Assembly (NCBI RefSeq): GCF_009914755.1
Contig: NC_060932.1
Source: the human T2T-CHM13v2.0 reference genome, Homo sapiens
Direction: 5' to 3' (one strand)
Length of the DNA stretch: 64,000 nucleotides
In this document: piece after piece, positions 35,063 to 50,308 of the stretch
How positions within the stretch are numbered: position 1 is the first letter of the stretch
How the letters are laid out: each line of letters begins with the position of its first letter
The notes under the pieces: model-generated
Databases searched by the model: none
The model's input: the letters and a program-made list of their open reading frames with translations, nothing else
Told to the model about the DNA's origin: nothing
Translations under genes and position numbers: made by a program

Positions 35063-37269
35063 ATTTACAGTAAATCCAAATAGGCTGGAAAGAAATGATT
35101 TACATCTCTATATTTTGCCGTGAATAGAAAATGAATATCTGGAATATTGTCATAAATGATGAGTGGCTTCTTGGGCCCTTATACAATCTAAGAGCACTTT
35201 CCTGTTTTTCTTAGTTGCGTTTTTCTAAAAGCTAGATGTTTTTGTTTACATTTTAATTATAAAATCTAAAAATAACTAAATGGAAATAGTCTTGAGGCTT
35301 GATGTGTTTTGAGACTTCAAAAGTTACTGGTAAAATTGAAGAGTGCTTGAGCATATTTGTAAAATCAAAAACCATGGAAGCCAAGGAATTAGATACATGT
35401 TCATTTAAACGTTGAAACTGGTTTTGCACCACCAGTTAAATTCAAGATCTTTCTGTTAAAATTTTTCAGTGGTAGAAGAATTGAGAATCATTGGGCAGAT
35501 TTATGCTTCCTCTGAGCAAAAAGTTTTAGGGAACTGATGAAGATTACTTTCTCAGTCTTGTTTCATGATCTGTTTTAAAAAAGCATAAGCCTGGCAGCTC
35601 AGTTGGATTTGACTGGTTTATTTTATTTGCTCTGAAGGATTTTTTCTAATTAATTGGCAGGTGCTCTAAAGTGGGTATAGTTACACATTTTCATCACTAC
35701 AGGCCTAACTACTGACCCTTGTGTAACCAAGTTATAAAAGAGTTCTTAAAGCAAGTGATTTACTGTTGATAGATATGAAATAAAACAAAAACGCTGGCTA
35801 AAAACAATAAACAGATAAATCACTTTAGAAACGTATATTGCTAAGTCTGTTTTAAAGGTTGCACCAGGTAAATGTTGTATTATTTCACCTTTCAAATAAC
35901 AGCAGTCTGTCTTGTGGTAGGACCCCAAATCCACCATAATCAAGGTTTCAAACACATCTGTGTAAACATTATCACATCAGTGTAAAACATCAACCAATGA
36001 GCTTTTACTTTGAACCAAATCTTCTTAATTGCAGTGTTAAATCAAAGAAACTTAGATCAAAGTTGTGTGAATCTCGTAGCAGGATAACTGAAGTAGCCAG
36101 TACATCCACTGATCACTTTTAAAGAGGAGATACTTAAGGGTTTTAAACTTAGATCAAGTGCCTTTTAATGAGGTTTGTTTCAAGGTCCAAGTTCTGTGCA
36201 ACATATAATGCTGTTAATTATTCCACAATGGAAATATATTATCATCACCTGCTTCTAAAAGTACTAGTTCAGTCTACAAACTATTTTCCCACATGAACAC
36301 TTTAGTCCTGCTGTATGAGCTATAGCTGTTAGACTGTTCAAATCTGTTGTATTGCTTATATATATACAAAAAATGGGGAATTTCTTATTCATAGTCATGA
36401 AAGTTTAAATACTTTCATAATAGAATCGCCTTCCCTTTGTACACCTTGGTATTTACATGTGTATTACCTTATTTGATCACCACAATGACCATAAGACATA
36501 GGCACATCCTGCTTTATAGCGAAGAAATATGGTCCTAAATCCCAGTTTTGCCCAGAGTCCAACATCCCAGGCCAATTTCCTTAAATTCTCTAAATGCTTT
36601 TATTTTCTCTTTTGTAAAATAAGGATAATATAACTCCAGCCTAACTACTATGCCTAGAGTTGCCATGAGACTTAAATGTAAAAATATATTGGAAAATGGT
36701 TTTAAAACTATAGTTTTCTATGCATAGAATATGCTAGAAAACTCTAGTTGTTGTGAAAATTTTTGCTTTCTAACTTAACAAATATAATTGGTCTGAAATA
36801 CAAAATAAATCTTTTTTTCCCAAACCAAACCTTTAATGTGTAAGTTTGAATGGTGCTTAATGCTGTTTTATAAAGGACCAGACTAGAAACAAAAAGATAA
36901 GAATTTCTTTTGTTTGCACTAGTCATGTGACAGGAAAAGATAACACTAAAGATTTTTTTTTTTTGCACATGCTGTGATGATATCATGGGAAGTTAAATAA
37001 TTTTGAAGAGTGTTTTACAAGAGTGCATTATTCAACTTTTAAGTATACATTGCAATCTAATCAACTTTACCTATGCTTCCTAGAGACCACACTTGCCTTG
37101 CTGTTATACAAATACGTGGTACAACTTCTACTTCCACAAAATGTAGTTTGAGTTTTCCAGACTATATAATCCCTATATAGGTTTTCAGATGATATATTGT
37201 CAGGAACCTTTGTTTTTACACATGAGGAGTTCATACCTTTTGATGCTGCTACATGTGTTCAATATGAGA

Positions 37270-39490
37270 AAAAGAAATAGAGCTGATTTAATGGTCATGA
37301 TATACATCTCCAATAAAATAAGAGTATATTTGCACATTATTCATTATTTATAATTACAAAATATTAGCAACAACATAAATTTCCATACACAGGAAACTGA
37401 ATAAATTATGGTACATTCACACAATGGAGCATTATACAGCTGACAAAGATGTCTGTGAACGAACATGGAATATTTGCAGGATACACCGTTAAGTGAAAAC
37501 AGCAAAGAATATATATAGTGTCTGCCTTTTCTGTAAGAAAGAAAAAAATGAGAAACGTCTACATGTATATGCTTATTTATTCTAAAAATAAACACAGAAT
37601 GGATAAACCAAAAATTAATGAACTTGGTTACCTGGTTAGTTGGTTAGCAGGGGATGGATATGAATGGAGTGGAAGGGTTGGAGGAGTGACATTCATCTGA
37701 GAACTTTTTATAGAGTTTTGACTTTTGGAGAAATGTTAATGTTTTACATTTTTTTAAAGTAAAATAAAATAAAATAAATGAGAGAGAAGTGGGGATGGAA
37801 TAAAAGCAGGAACAAATGAACCTAACTGTATTAAAGTGAGTAATATAACCACACATAAGGGATGAATAACATATTAAAAAAAAGAAAGAAAGAAACTCAA
37901 ATAACGATCAAATTCTGTCTTTTGATGATATAACCAAGATCTAAAGAAAAACCACATAAACAAATCTTGAACTTCAATGAGAAAGATTGTTTTCCTCAGT
38001 AGCAGGGGTTAGAGTAGTGTATTGTAGAATTGAACAAATGAATAAATATATTGAAGCTAATGAGAGCTAGGGGTTTCATTATTAAAGAATAGAGTTCTAA
38101 TATGAAAAGAAGGAAGACTGGAATGAACCTTGTAGTGTGAAATTGGAATTGCCGCTATCAGTATTAATACTTGGTGCCTGTGTGTGTGTGTATGTTCATG
38201 TGTATGTGCATATCTTAGCCCTGTGCACTAAAAGGGCCTAGAAGCAAACATATCCCAAGTCAATGAGCATATCTAGCATCTAAGCCTTGGTTTCTCAATT
38301 CAAACTCCTACTAAAATGATCAATGGAACCTTGGAGAAATGTCTGGTTCCAGGACTGGGGCATTATTTTGTGTGCCAGAAGGCAAGGAAGTACTAAAAAA
38401 AAAAAAAAAAAAAAAGAATAAGGACATGTCCAGGGGACATAAGCCAAATCTGGGACAATTTGAGCATCAAAATAAATAATGATAGGAACAAGTTATTTAT
38501 GAAATAAATAAGAACATGTGAGTGCAACTGTTGAAGTACACAAACTACCAATCAAACAAGTTAATAAGGGAGAAGGGAAAACTTTTTCTCATGGCAGAAT
38601 ACCAACTAATAAATATTGAAAGAATGATGGAATTAGAAAAATGACCACTTTACATCCATCCTAGGGTCATTGTTGGTCCAGACAAAAACATAAATGCATC
38701 CTAAAACTTGTGGATAAAAGTTTGATGAAGAAGAATCTTTATTACAAAGGGAAAAGAGTAACTTAATAGTGAATTAATCTAGTGAGTACAGTACTATCTT
38801 AACCACATAATAAAAGTGAATAACAGTAATGGGACAAGCCAACCCCATATGCCTCTTCGTACTCTACAAAGAATACAATGTCACTTACGTGTTGTTCCTA
38901 CCAAAAATGCATAATCTGAATCTAATCATGAAGAAACATCAGATAAACCCCAATTGAGGGACATTCTACAACTGGCTGTGCTCTTCCAAAATGTCAAAAT
39001 CAAAAAAGACAAAGGTTGAAGAACTGTTCCAGTTTAAAAATGACTAAAGGCCAGGGACGGTGGCTCATGGCTGTAATCCCAACACTTTCGGAGACTGAGG
39101 CGGGCAGATCACTTGAGCCCAGGAGTTCGAGACCAGCCTGGCCAACATGGTGAAACCCTGTCTCTACTAAAAATACAAAAATTAGCCAGACATGATGGTG
39201 CATGCCTGTAATCTTAGCTACTCAGGAGGCTGAGGCAGGAGAATCGCTTGAATCTGGGAAGCCAAGGTTTCAGTGAGCCAAGATCCAGCTGCTGTTCTCC
39301 AGCCTGGGTGACAGAGCGAGACTCTGTTTCAAATAATAGAAAATAAAAAAGCAAGTAAAGTGACATGAAAACTAAATGTGATAGATGATGTTGGTATGGA
39401 GCCTGAACCAAAAAATAACAATACTAATGATAGAGAATATTATTGAAACAACTGGCAACATTTGAATATGGAGTGTGAGTTTGAAAATAG
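37270..39490 (+). mobile_element. Old L1M (L1MC-like) 3' fragments, interrupted by an Alu
   Basis: Degenerate L1MC 3' motifs (gaataaattatggtacat, aatctaatcatgaagaaacatcagataaaccc, gagggacattctacaa). Confidence 0.6.
39049..39345 (+). mobile_element. Alu (AluS-like)
   Basis: Alu dimer. Confidence 0.9.
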
Positions 39491-39499
39491 TACTAATAA

Positions 39500-41069
39500 A
39501 TGGCGCTACAATAATTGGCTAACCATATGCAGAAGGTTAAAGCTGGACTCCTTCCTTACACCGTATACAAAAATCAATTCAAGATGGATCAAAAACTTAA
39601 ATGTAAAACCTGAAACTATAAAAACCCTGGAGATAACGTAGGAGATACCATTCTAGACATAGGACCTGACAAAGATTCCATGATGAAGATGCCAAAAGCA
39701 ATTGCAACAGAAACAAAAACTGACAAATGGGACCTAATTAAGGAGCTTCTGCAGAGCAAAAGAAACTAACAACAGAGTGAACAGACAACCTGTAGAACAA
39801 GATAAACACTTGCAAACTATCCATCCACAAAGGTCTAATATGCAGACTCTATAAGGAACTTAAATTAACAAGCAAAAAACAAAAACCCCATGAAAAAGTG
39901 AGAAAAATGATGGGCACGGTGGCTTATGCCTGTAATGCCAGCACTTTGGGAGGCCGAGGTGGGCAGATCACGAGGTCAAGAGATCGAGACCATCCTGCCC
40001 AAGATGGTGAAACCTCGTCTCTACTAAAAATAGAAAAATTAGCTGGGCATGGTGGCGTGCACCTGTAATCCCAGCTACTCAGGAGGCTGAGGCAGGAGAA
40101 TCACTTGAACCCAGGAGGTGGAAGTTACAGTGAGTCAAGATCGCACTACCGCACTCCAGCCTGGGTGAGAGAGAGAGGCTCCATCTCAAAAAAAAAAAAA
40201 ATTGAGCAAAAGATATGAACACTTTTCAAAAGAAGACATTCATGTGGTCAATAAACATATGAAAAAATATGCAGCATCAGTAATCATTAGAGAAATGCAA
40301 ATCAAAACCACAATGAGATACCACATCATACCAGTCACAATGGCTGTTATTAAAAGGTAAAAAAATAACAGATGCTGGCAAGGTTGTGGAGGAAAGGGAA
40401 CACTTATACATTGCTGGTGAGAATGTAAATTAGTTCAGCCATTGTGGAAAGCAGTGTGGCAATTTCTCAAAAACCTTAAAACAGAACTGCCATTAGACCC
40501 AGCAATCCCATTATTGGTCATATAGCCAAAGGAATATAAATATTTCTAAAATAAAGACACATTCATATGTATGTTCACTGTAGCACTATTCACAATAGCA
40601 AAGTAATGGAATCAACCTAAATGCCCGTCAATGATAGACTGAATAAAGAAAATATGGTATATATACACAATGGAATACTATGCAGCCATAAAACAGAATC
40701 AGATCATGTCCTCTGCAGCAACATTGATGGAGCAGAAGGCCATAATCCTAAACTAATGCAGGAACGGTAAACCAAATATTGAATGCAGGAACCAAATACT
40801 AATTCAGGAACAGTAAACCAAATACTGAAAGCAAATACTCAGCTTTTTACTGAGTACACACGGACATAAAGAAGGGAAGAGCAGACACAGGCACCTACTT
40901 GAGGGTGGAGATGGGGAGGAAGGAGAGGATCAAAAATCTACCTATCACATACTATGCTTATTACCTGGGTGATGAAATAATCTGCACACCAAACCGCCAT
41001 GACATGCCATTTACCTATATAACAAACTTGCCCTTGTGCCCTTGAACCTAAAATAAAAGTCAAAAAAAA
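39500..41069 (+). mobile_element. 5'-truncated L1 (older L1PA/L1PB) with nested Alu (~39910-40200, +)
   Basis: ORF2 3' homology and 3' UTR ending aaaataaaagtcaaaaaaaa; Alu flanked by aaaa.tgag.aaaa. Confidence 0.88.
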
Positions 41070-41242
41070 GGTAATAGTATTATATCATTGTTAAAATTCC
41101 AAATTTTGATAATTGAACTGTGGTTACGTAAGGGAAAGTCTTAAGAAATACAAAATAAGACTTTATGGATAAAGAGGCATGATGTCTGCAAAATTATTCT
41201 TGAATCATTCAGAAACTATATATATATATAAACTTACAGAAC

Positions 41243-41249
41243 AAGAGAC

Positions 41250-41281
<32 letters not shown>
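41243..41281. repeat. (GA)n microsatellite
   Basis: gagacagacagagagaga... run. Confidence 0.9.
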
Positions 41282-41318
41282 CAAATGATCAAGCTGATGG
41301 AGTGAAATGTTAACAACT

Positions 41319-41656
41319 GGCGGGGCACGGTGGCTCACGCCTGTAATTCCAGCAATTTGGGAGGCCAAGGTGTGAGGATCACTTGAGGCCAGGAATTTGA
41401 AACCAACCTGAGTGACACAATGAGGCCTTGTCTCTACAAAAACAAATTAAAAAAAAAAATGTTAGCCAGGACTTGGAGGCTGAGGTGGAAGAATCACTTG
41501 AGCCCAGGGGTGCAAGCCTGCAGTGACCTATGATTGTGCCACTGCACTCTCACCGGGGTGACATAGCAAGATCCTAACTTTAAAAACGAAAACAAAAGAA
41601 AAGAAAAGAAGAAAGAAAAGAAAAGAGAAGAGAAGAGAAGAGAAAAGAAAAGAAAA
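41319..41656 (+). mobile_element. Alu (AluJ-like, internal deletion) with (GAAAA)/(GAGAA)n tail
   Basis: Alu body lacking the start of the right arm; purine microsatellite tail. Confidence 0.85.
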
Positions 41657-43436
41657 TGTTAATAATTGAAGAATTTGAGTAAAGGGTATGTGGAGTTCTT
41701 TGCACTATACTTGTAACTTTTTTGTAAATATGGAATTATATCAAAAGTTTTATGTCCATTTTTAAGGTCATAACCGATATTAGATGCACTTTAATATAGG
41801 AGAGAAAATCTAAATTCAACAGCTATTCTTTAAGATAATTGTGATGTCAGAGTTCCTGAATTTGAACGACTCGCATAGAAGAGTTGCAATCTGCACAAAA
41901 GCCCACATCTTAACCAGAACAGGTTGGGTATTTTCCATGGGAAGTATTGAGTACACATGAAAAGAGGAATATTAATTCACCATGAGGTCACACAATTTGG
42001 GGGATCACATTCAGGCAGGATGAAAATTTGGCAGAAATTGAACATCTTGGTTATTATTTGCTTATTTCAGGAATGGCAGCGACTCTAATCCAGCCCCACT
42101 CTGCATTTTATCCCCCACAAAGAACAAGAAAGACTCATAACACATAATTTGATGTTGTTACCTTGCATTTTTTTCCCTTCTCACCTTGCTAGGTATAAGC
42201 AGAATATTGATACTCACTAGTTATGAGACCTTGGGAAAATTGCACCACCTTCTTGGAACTCAGGTTTTTCCTCCAAAATTAGGATAACAACATGTGGTCT
42301 ATCCAACTTGCAAACGTGATATAGAAATTACACTGATAAATGGGTATGAAAATCCATTGGTGCTACAACATTTAAGTGATGATTTTAATGGTGATAATCA
42401 TTATCAATTTTCCCTGGGTTTTAGCTCACTTAAAATTTCATTGTTCTGCTCCAGGAAGCAAAAAGGTAAAAGTGATTTGAGGAATTATAGCATCATCAAA
42501 ATTAGCAATGCTCTTTATTTGGAGTACAGAAAAAATAATTTTTATGCTTCCTACAGTGAAACGTTAAACGTTAAAGTAGTATTTTGAGATGGATATGAAG
42601 GAAGTAAATATACTTCTAAAATAAACAAGCTATTTCGGAAGTAGCCTATTTTACAGCACCTGGCTAAATATATTCATTAGTGTTACATATTCCTATATAT
42701 TCATTCATTAGTGTTACATATGATCTTCTGTTATTATCATTTAAATATATCATAAAATTACATGGTGTAAGTATTTTATATTTTTTTCATTGTATAAAAG
42801 AAACTTGCCAGATCACCTTAACCAAACACCTTCATTTTACAGATGAGGAAGATGGCTTTTGGATTAATCTCACCTAGTTAATGGGAAAATCATAATTGAA
42901 ATTAAAATATTTCACATCTAATTCCAATGGTATTCTCACCAAATTATGCTGCAAATATCCAAATAGTAATAAACATTGATTCTCTAGAGCAAATGAAGTA
43001 TACCTAAAAAAATGTGGTTCAAATTGACATCACTGTTCATATGCATTACTATACTTGGTTGTTCCCAGAATCAACAACTGAACAATGGGTCAAGAAAAAT
43101 AAATATAGGTGGCATTTTTCCATTCCTTTATTACTTACTTATTATGAATGTATCCATAATGTTATTAAGCCTCTTTGTTCTTAATTTTTCCATTTTCAAA
43201 TAAACAGTATTTTAAATTAAATGTGTTGTATTCTTCTAAAAGATAATGGCAGTGTAAACATGAGAGGAGTGTTTTTTTATAAGAATTTAAAAATTAAATA
43301 ATCAATATTCAGCTCTGGCAGTGCTGTGGAGGTTAAAATTTTTAAAAAATCAGCTAAAGTGCCCTTTCTAAGGGCATATAATTGCCATCAAAACTCTGAT
43401 TTTTTAAAATTGTACTCTTATAAAGAATCTATTCAT

Positions 43437-43743
43437 GGTGAGGTATGGTTGCTCACACCTGTAACCCCAACATTTTGGGAGGCCGAGGTGGGAGGATCTC
43501 TTTAGCCCAGGAATTCAAGACAAGCCTGAGCAACAAGATGAAACGCCATCTCTACAAAAAATACAAAAATTACCTAGGCATGGTGGCTAACGCTTGTAGT
43601 CCCAGCTACATGGTGGTAGAGGTGGGAGGATGGCTTGAGCCTGGAAGGTTGAGCCTGCAGTGAGCCGAGATCGCAGTGCCACTGCACTCCAGCCTGGGCC
43701 ACAGAGTAAGACCCTGTGTAAAAAAAAAAAAAAAAGAAAAAAA
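43437..43743 (+). mobile_element. Alu (AluJ-like)
   Basis: Alu dimer with A-tail. Confidence 0.9.
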
Positions 43744-46327
43744 ATCTAATATAAAATTTAAGAAGTCAGTAGATTTATGCAATTAATGTATTTGTTCATT
43801 GTCTCTCCTTAGAATTCGCTAGAAATAAAAAAATACCATTACAGGAATGGAGATACAAATGTTTAATCTATGGTAAGATAAAAAATATAGACAAATTACA
43901 TTCTCTTTAAAAGTCAGAAAACGGCATCATGATTTATTAAACTACCTTGAAATTTCATTCTCTCAAGCAAAGTGATGGTGGTAACTAAAGCCTTATTTAC
44001 CCATTTCTGTGTCCTAACTAGAGGCCTGAGGTAATTAGTCCTGTTTATGTTGAACTGAAATCTAGCCTTAGGCAAGATCTGCCCCTCCAGAGTTTACCCA
44101 AATGACAGCTGGAGGAGTAAAAATAAACCTCCATCCCCATAGGGAGGTGAACTGGGAGAAGAGAAATAGAGAAAGGACTAAAAAGGGCATTTCTTAAATT
44201 TTGGCACACCATTTTAGAAGACATAAATAGCTTTGTATAATGATCACTCTGCAGTAGGAAACACTAGTGCATGGGAGCTGTATAACACTTCTGAATGACA
44301 AGGCATGATTGATATGTGATTCATATGTGATTATTAATACGTGATTAATATGCAATGTGTTGCCACCAGCTTAATATGTGATGTGTTGCCAGTCACCTCC
44401 TACTTGCCCTGAAGGGGGTCTGGAGCAGATAAGACAAAAACAATTACATGACTTACTGAATATTCAGAATACAGTTTACAGAACACAGAGTATGACTATT
44501 GAAATATGTCACATTTACAAGGAGTCTGGTTTGAGGATAGCCTGGGAGAAACACACATTCATTCGTGAAGTCCTCATACTAGAATGAAGCTCCATGCAGG
44601 CAGGGATCTTCATCAATTTTGGTTTTTAATGTACATCAAGCACCTACAACAGTGCCTGGCATATTTTACCTACCTGATAAGTATCTGTTGATTGATCGAT
44701 ATGCTCCTTAAGACTGTTTCAGATATCTGAAATATTTGCTTTGATTTCTTGAATTAATGTTTATATTTACTCCAACTAAGGATAGTTCTAAGTCATAGGA
44801 TGTTTGTTTGAAGACATAAAATGTAACTTGATTGTTAGAAAACAGGCGCTTACTAAGAAAAATATCCTTTACCTTAAAAATAACAACCTCTAGTCATAAA
44901 GCCATGCACTGCAAGAACATTCTCTGCCGCAGAGGGGGAGCGGCCACCGGCCTCTTATGGGGTCAGCCACTAGAGGACGATGTGGTCACATACGCTGCCA
45001 AACCCTTGATAAGGCCAAGAGGAACCTTGATACGCAGGAATGAATGCTTCTAAGTTTCACTTCTCCAGCTTCTAGTCACACTATTGGTAAATTCCTCATG
45101 CAACTATCACTTCCAAAAATGAAAAAAAGAAAGACAGCACAATTATCATGAGCAGGTCGTTAGTGAAGATAAAAATCACAGAAAAATTGTGAAAATGTCA
45201 AAGTCTTGAGGAGGAGTAGAGAGCGGCTCAACAGATACTGTGCAGCTGTCAGGATACCGCGGAAGTGTTGACGCTGAAAATATTTGACTCAAGCTCTTCC
45301 TGCGAACAAGGCTTATAAGTTTCTAGCTGGCAATGAAATTGTGAAACGAGTTTAAGGACAAGGAGCTGAGTCAAGTAAATGAAATGGCAAGGAACTGGAT
45401 TTTGAGTAGCTTGCTGTTATACAAAACAAGTAAAAAGAGAAGCTCTTCTATGAGAACTGCGTCACCTATAAAACTGCATTTTATCAGAATCAACAACAAA
45501 AACACACAATCACATCAGCAAATAACCTCTGAATTTTTTAAAATAACAGATGAAAGGTTCAGACAGCAGCCTTTTATGACTGACTTCAGTAAACTCAGAT
45601 CTGCTATTATTTCCTCAAAGTTACCTAATACATGGTAAGTATTTCTAATGAGCGATTACAATAGAAATGTATTTTGCAGGGCAATCTTTTTTTGATCTAG
45701 TAGATGATTGACTTGAGTTTCTGAATTTTGAACAACAGTTCAATCCATAGCTCCATTATCCTGAAGAAAGAACTTCTATTCAGGTTAAATTTGCATGGAT
45801 TCTCAGTAATTTTACAAAAACAAATGCTGTATTTGTCATTCATCCAAAAAATATGTAAGTTTGTACTACACCAAAGGAAATGTCTGTGTTCATTAAAAGG
45901 CAAATATGATTTCTGTCCTCCTGAAGCTTGTAGTCCATCTGGTGGAGACAAGCAAGTAAAGGAACACATTACATTCGAGTTGTAGTGCTATGATTGGGGG
46001 AGTTCAAGGTGCTTTATTAAAAGTAGGTAGCAGCTATTGTGAATAATGCTACAGTGTTCATACACATGTCTTTATAATAAAACAGTTTCTATTCCTTTGG
46101 GTATATACCCAGTAATGAGCTTGCTGGGTCTAATGGTATTTCTGTTTTAAAGTCTTTGAGGAATTGCCACACTGTCTTCCAAAAACTAATTCACACTCAA
46201 ACCGACAGTGCATAAGTGTTCCTTTTTCTCCGCAACCTCACCAGCATCTAGTTCGACTTTTTGATAATAGCCAGTCTGACTGGTGTGAGATGGTATCTCA
46301 TTGTGGTTTTGATTTGCCTTTCTCTAA

Positions 46328-47049
<722 letters not shown>

Positions 47050-49740
47050 ATGTCTTCTTTTTAATGGGGTTGTTTTTTTCTTGTAAATTTGCTCAAGTTC
47101 CTTATAGATGCTGTATATTAGACCTTTGTTGGATACACAGTTTGCAAAATTTTTCCCCCATCAATGATAGACTGGATGAAGAAAATGTGGTACATATACA
47201 CCATGGAATACTATGCAGCCATAAAAAGAATGAGATCATGTCCTTTGCAGAGGGAAACTGATGAGGGTGGAGGCCATTATCCTTAGCAAACTAACGCAGG
47301 AACACAAAATCAAATACCACACGTTCTCACTTATAAGTAGGAGCTAAACGATGAGAACACATGGACTCATTGAGAGGAACAACACACACTGGGGCCTGTC
47401 AAAGGGTGGAGGGTGGGAGGAGGGAGAGGATCAGAAAAAATAACTAACAGGTACTAGGCTTAATATCTGGGTGATGAAATAATCTGCACAACAAACCTCC
47501 ATGACACAAATTTACCTATGTAACAAACCTGCACATGTGCCCCTGAACTTAAAATAAGTTAAATAAATAAATAAAACATAGGCAGCAACATGTGCTAACC
47601 CAGCCTTGGGAAAGGTGAGGCATTTTGGGAAAAGTTATACCTTAGCTGAGTTCTGTTAGGGAGTGCCAGAAAAAGGGTGGGAAACAGACAGGAAACAGAT
47701 CAGGACATTTCCCATGGCAAGACACGATTCATTCTTGTTTCCTCCTCCCTAAAACACAGTCCTTAGATTAGATTATCTCTGTGGTTCCATTCAGTCTAAC
47801 ACACTGTGATTGTCTCTCCAAATTTGAAGAGAAAATTTAATAGGAAAAGAGAATTCAATAACTTTTCTTTGTAGACTAATTTTCACAAGCCTGTCTCTTC
47901 AAATTACTTAAATTCTCCTACCCTTAAAATCAGAGCTTTAAAGAAGATAAGGAGGGTTCAAATTATGGGACTTCTATATTGATTTGATATTTGGCTGATT
48001 TTATCAAAACAGATATCCAGATAGAATACTTTTATAGATACATGACTTTTCAATTTCCAAAGTTCTCTTAATCCTAACATGTATTTCTGTAGATACATCT
48101 GCAAGTTCCTAATCATTATGATATAAACACTATGTAATTTATACTTTTTTGACTCTAACATAATCTATTTACTGCATATGTGAACTTTCAAAGCAAAGTT
48201 TTTCCTTTTTACTAATCTCACGTTTGAAACTCATTTAAATTCCAATACAGGACTCCATGCAGTAGTCAGTTACCACATTTAAGACCTCTCTCCCAAGGCT
48301 ATAGTTTCACATCTTCAACTGCCTGGTTGCCTTTTCTGGTTGACAGTCATCTCAATCCTTCATAATTATTGAAGAAAGATTAGAAGAAAACTGAATTTTA
48401 ATATACAGTCTGGAAGTAATAACAAAGGAGCATTCACACCATATGCTGAAATTCATTTCTCATGTGTTTCTACTTTCGTAGGACTTAAAATAATGAAGTG
48501 TTCTATTAGTGCATCTTTCAGCTCTTCCTTCTTCATTTGTTTACTTTTCAGTTTAAAAAAGCACCTGATTTGGACAATAACCTCGAGTTTTATATACTGG
48601 TTTTATTATTGTTTGGTGTTCTTCTATATTTAAAATTCACTTTTACAGACAAACTCTTCACAGGCAAATAGGTGTTTAATAAGTAAATGAGTGTAACATT
48701 TGTGTTTAGCCATAGACATAGTTCAATGATTAATTCTAGATATCATGGAGTATACGTCTTCATTACATAGATTTTGATCAAAGCATATGCCCTGAAACAA
48801 ATACTATGCTACACACAATGAAATCCTAATCAAACCTGATTTCCTGGTATAACACTGGAATGATGGAGGAATAGGCCATCTTACTCTGGAATAATTTGTT
48901 CAAGGAGACCCATGCACCTGCATGATGATGTTAGAGTAGCTAATTTAGTGGTTTTCTACAAAGTCTTGTCATCAAGTGAAAGGTTCACTTCATTTCCCTT
49001 GATGTGGTGGTCCGAGGTTTGCAGGTTCCCGAACATAAGATTTGAGATCATCCTGAAAAATATCTGCAATCATTTTTGAAGTGCAAGAGTTTTGATATGC
49101 TTCAGTTGCCAAGGAATTTATGAACTCTCCTATTTTCAGACTCGCTTTTAGATCAGTCTCTAGTGTTTGAGGCAAACTATTTTATTTTAAAAGAAAAATA
49201 TATTGCATACTGACCTAAACACTCAATAATTACTTTGGCTTAAGAATGAATACCTTCATGTGGACAAAATATGAAATTTAAGTATAATAAATACAAGAAT
49301 TGATTAGATGTATTATATGCTTGTGAATTTGAAATCATATATTTTGATCAAGCCTAAAAATTGACCTTAACCTAAAGCAAGACTTCATTACCTGGCAATA
49401 TCAAATGAGAGCTGGTCCCTACTGGATATCAGCTGTTAAAAGCCCATCTTTTTAACTGAATACCTACAAACTCAGCTCAAGAATAATGCCTACCTCATCT
49501 GAGTAGTTAGTTGTACCTGTCCAGTATCTACAGACCTGAGATGATTCCTTAATTCCAAGTCTTTGGAACAACAAATACAATTAATTTGAGAGAGTAGAAA
49601 TAATTCCATAGTGGTAACTGCATATACACTGATTGAAACCAATTAACAATCATGGGAGGGTGAGAAACATTGTTTCCCTCCTCTTCATTAAAGGAGGGCT
49701 AAATTCATTTTGCCCTTTGTGGCTAAAGGCAAATTCTTGA

Positions 49741-50180
49741 TTATTTTTATTTTTATTTATTTTTTAGTTTTTGAGACAGGGTCTGGCTCTGTTGCCCACA
49801 CTGGAGTGCATTGACGCAATATTGGCTCACTGCAGGCTCTGCCTCCAAGGTTCAAGAGATCCTTTGGCCTTATCCTCTGGAGTAGCTAGGACTACAGGGA
49901 CACACTACCAGGCCCTACTAATTTCTTTTTTTTTTTGTAGAGACCAGGTTTCGCTATGTTTCCCAGGCTGGTCTCGAACTCCTGGGCCCAAGCGATCTCC
50001 CTGCCTCGGCCTCCCAAAGTGCTGGGATTACAGGTGTGAGCCACTTTGCCCGGCATATTGTTATTTTTATTTTTACTCTTTTTTGGAGACAGAGTGTCAC
50101 TCTGCCACTCAGGCTGGAGTGCAGTGACGTGAACATAGCTCACTGTAACCTTGAACTCCTGGGTGCAAGTGATGCTTCCA
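49741..50180 (-). mobile_element. Alu (AluJ-like, to ~50054) plus adjacent partial Alu
   Basis: Alu dimer followed by a right-arm fragment. Confidence 0.85.
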
Positions 50181-50308
50181 TAAATGCAAATTCTTAATCC
50201 TAATCTTTTTTGGCTTAGTCATATGTCCCACTCACCCTGTCCTTTTCTTATGTCAAAAGCGGTCTTCAAGAGCCTCCAAACTCAAGTGGAGATGGTGATG
50301 TTTAAATA

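Noticed and set aside
42672-42721. 19-bp direct repeat ATTCATTAGTGTTACATAT x2
   Set aside because: Ordinary micro-duplication in AT-rich DNA; only two copies, no array.
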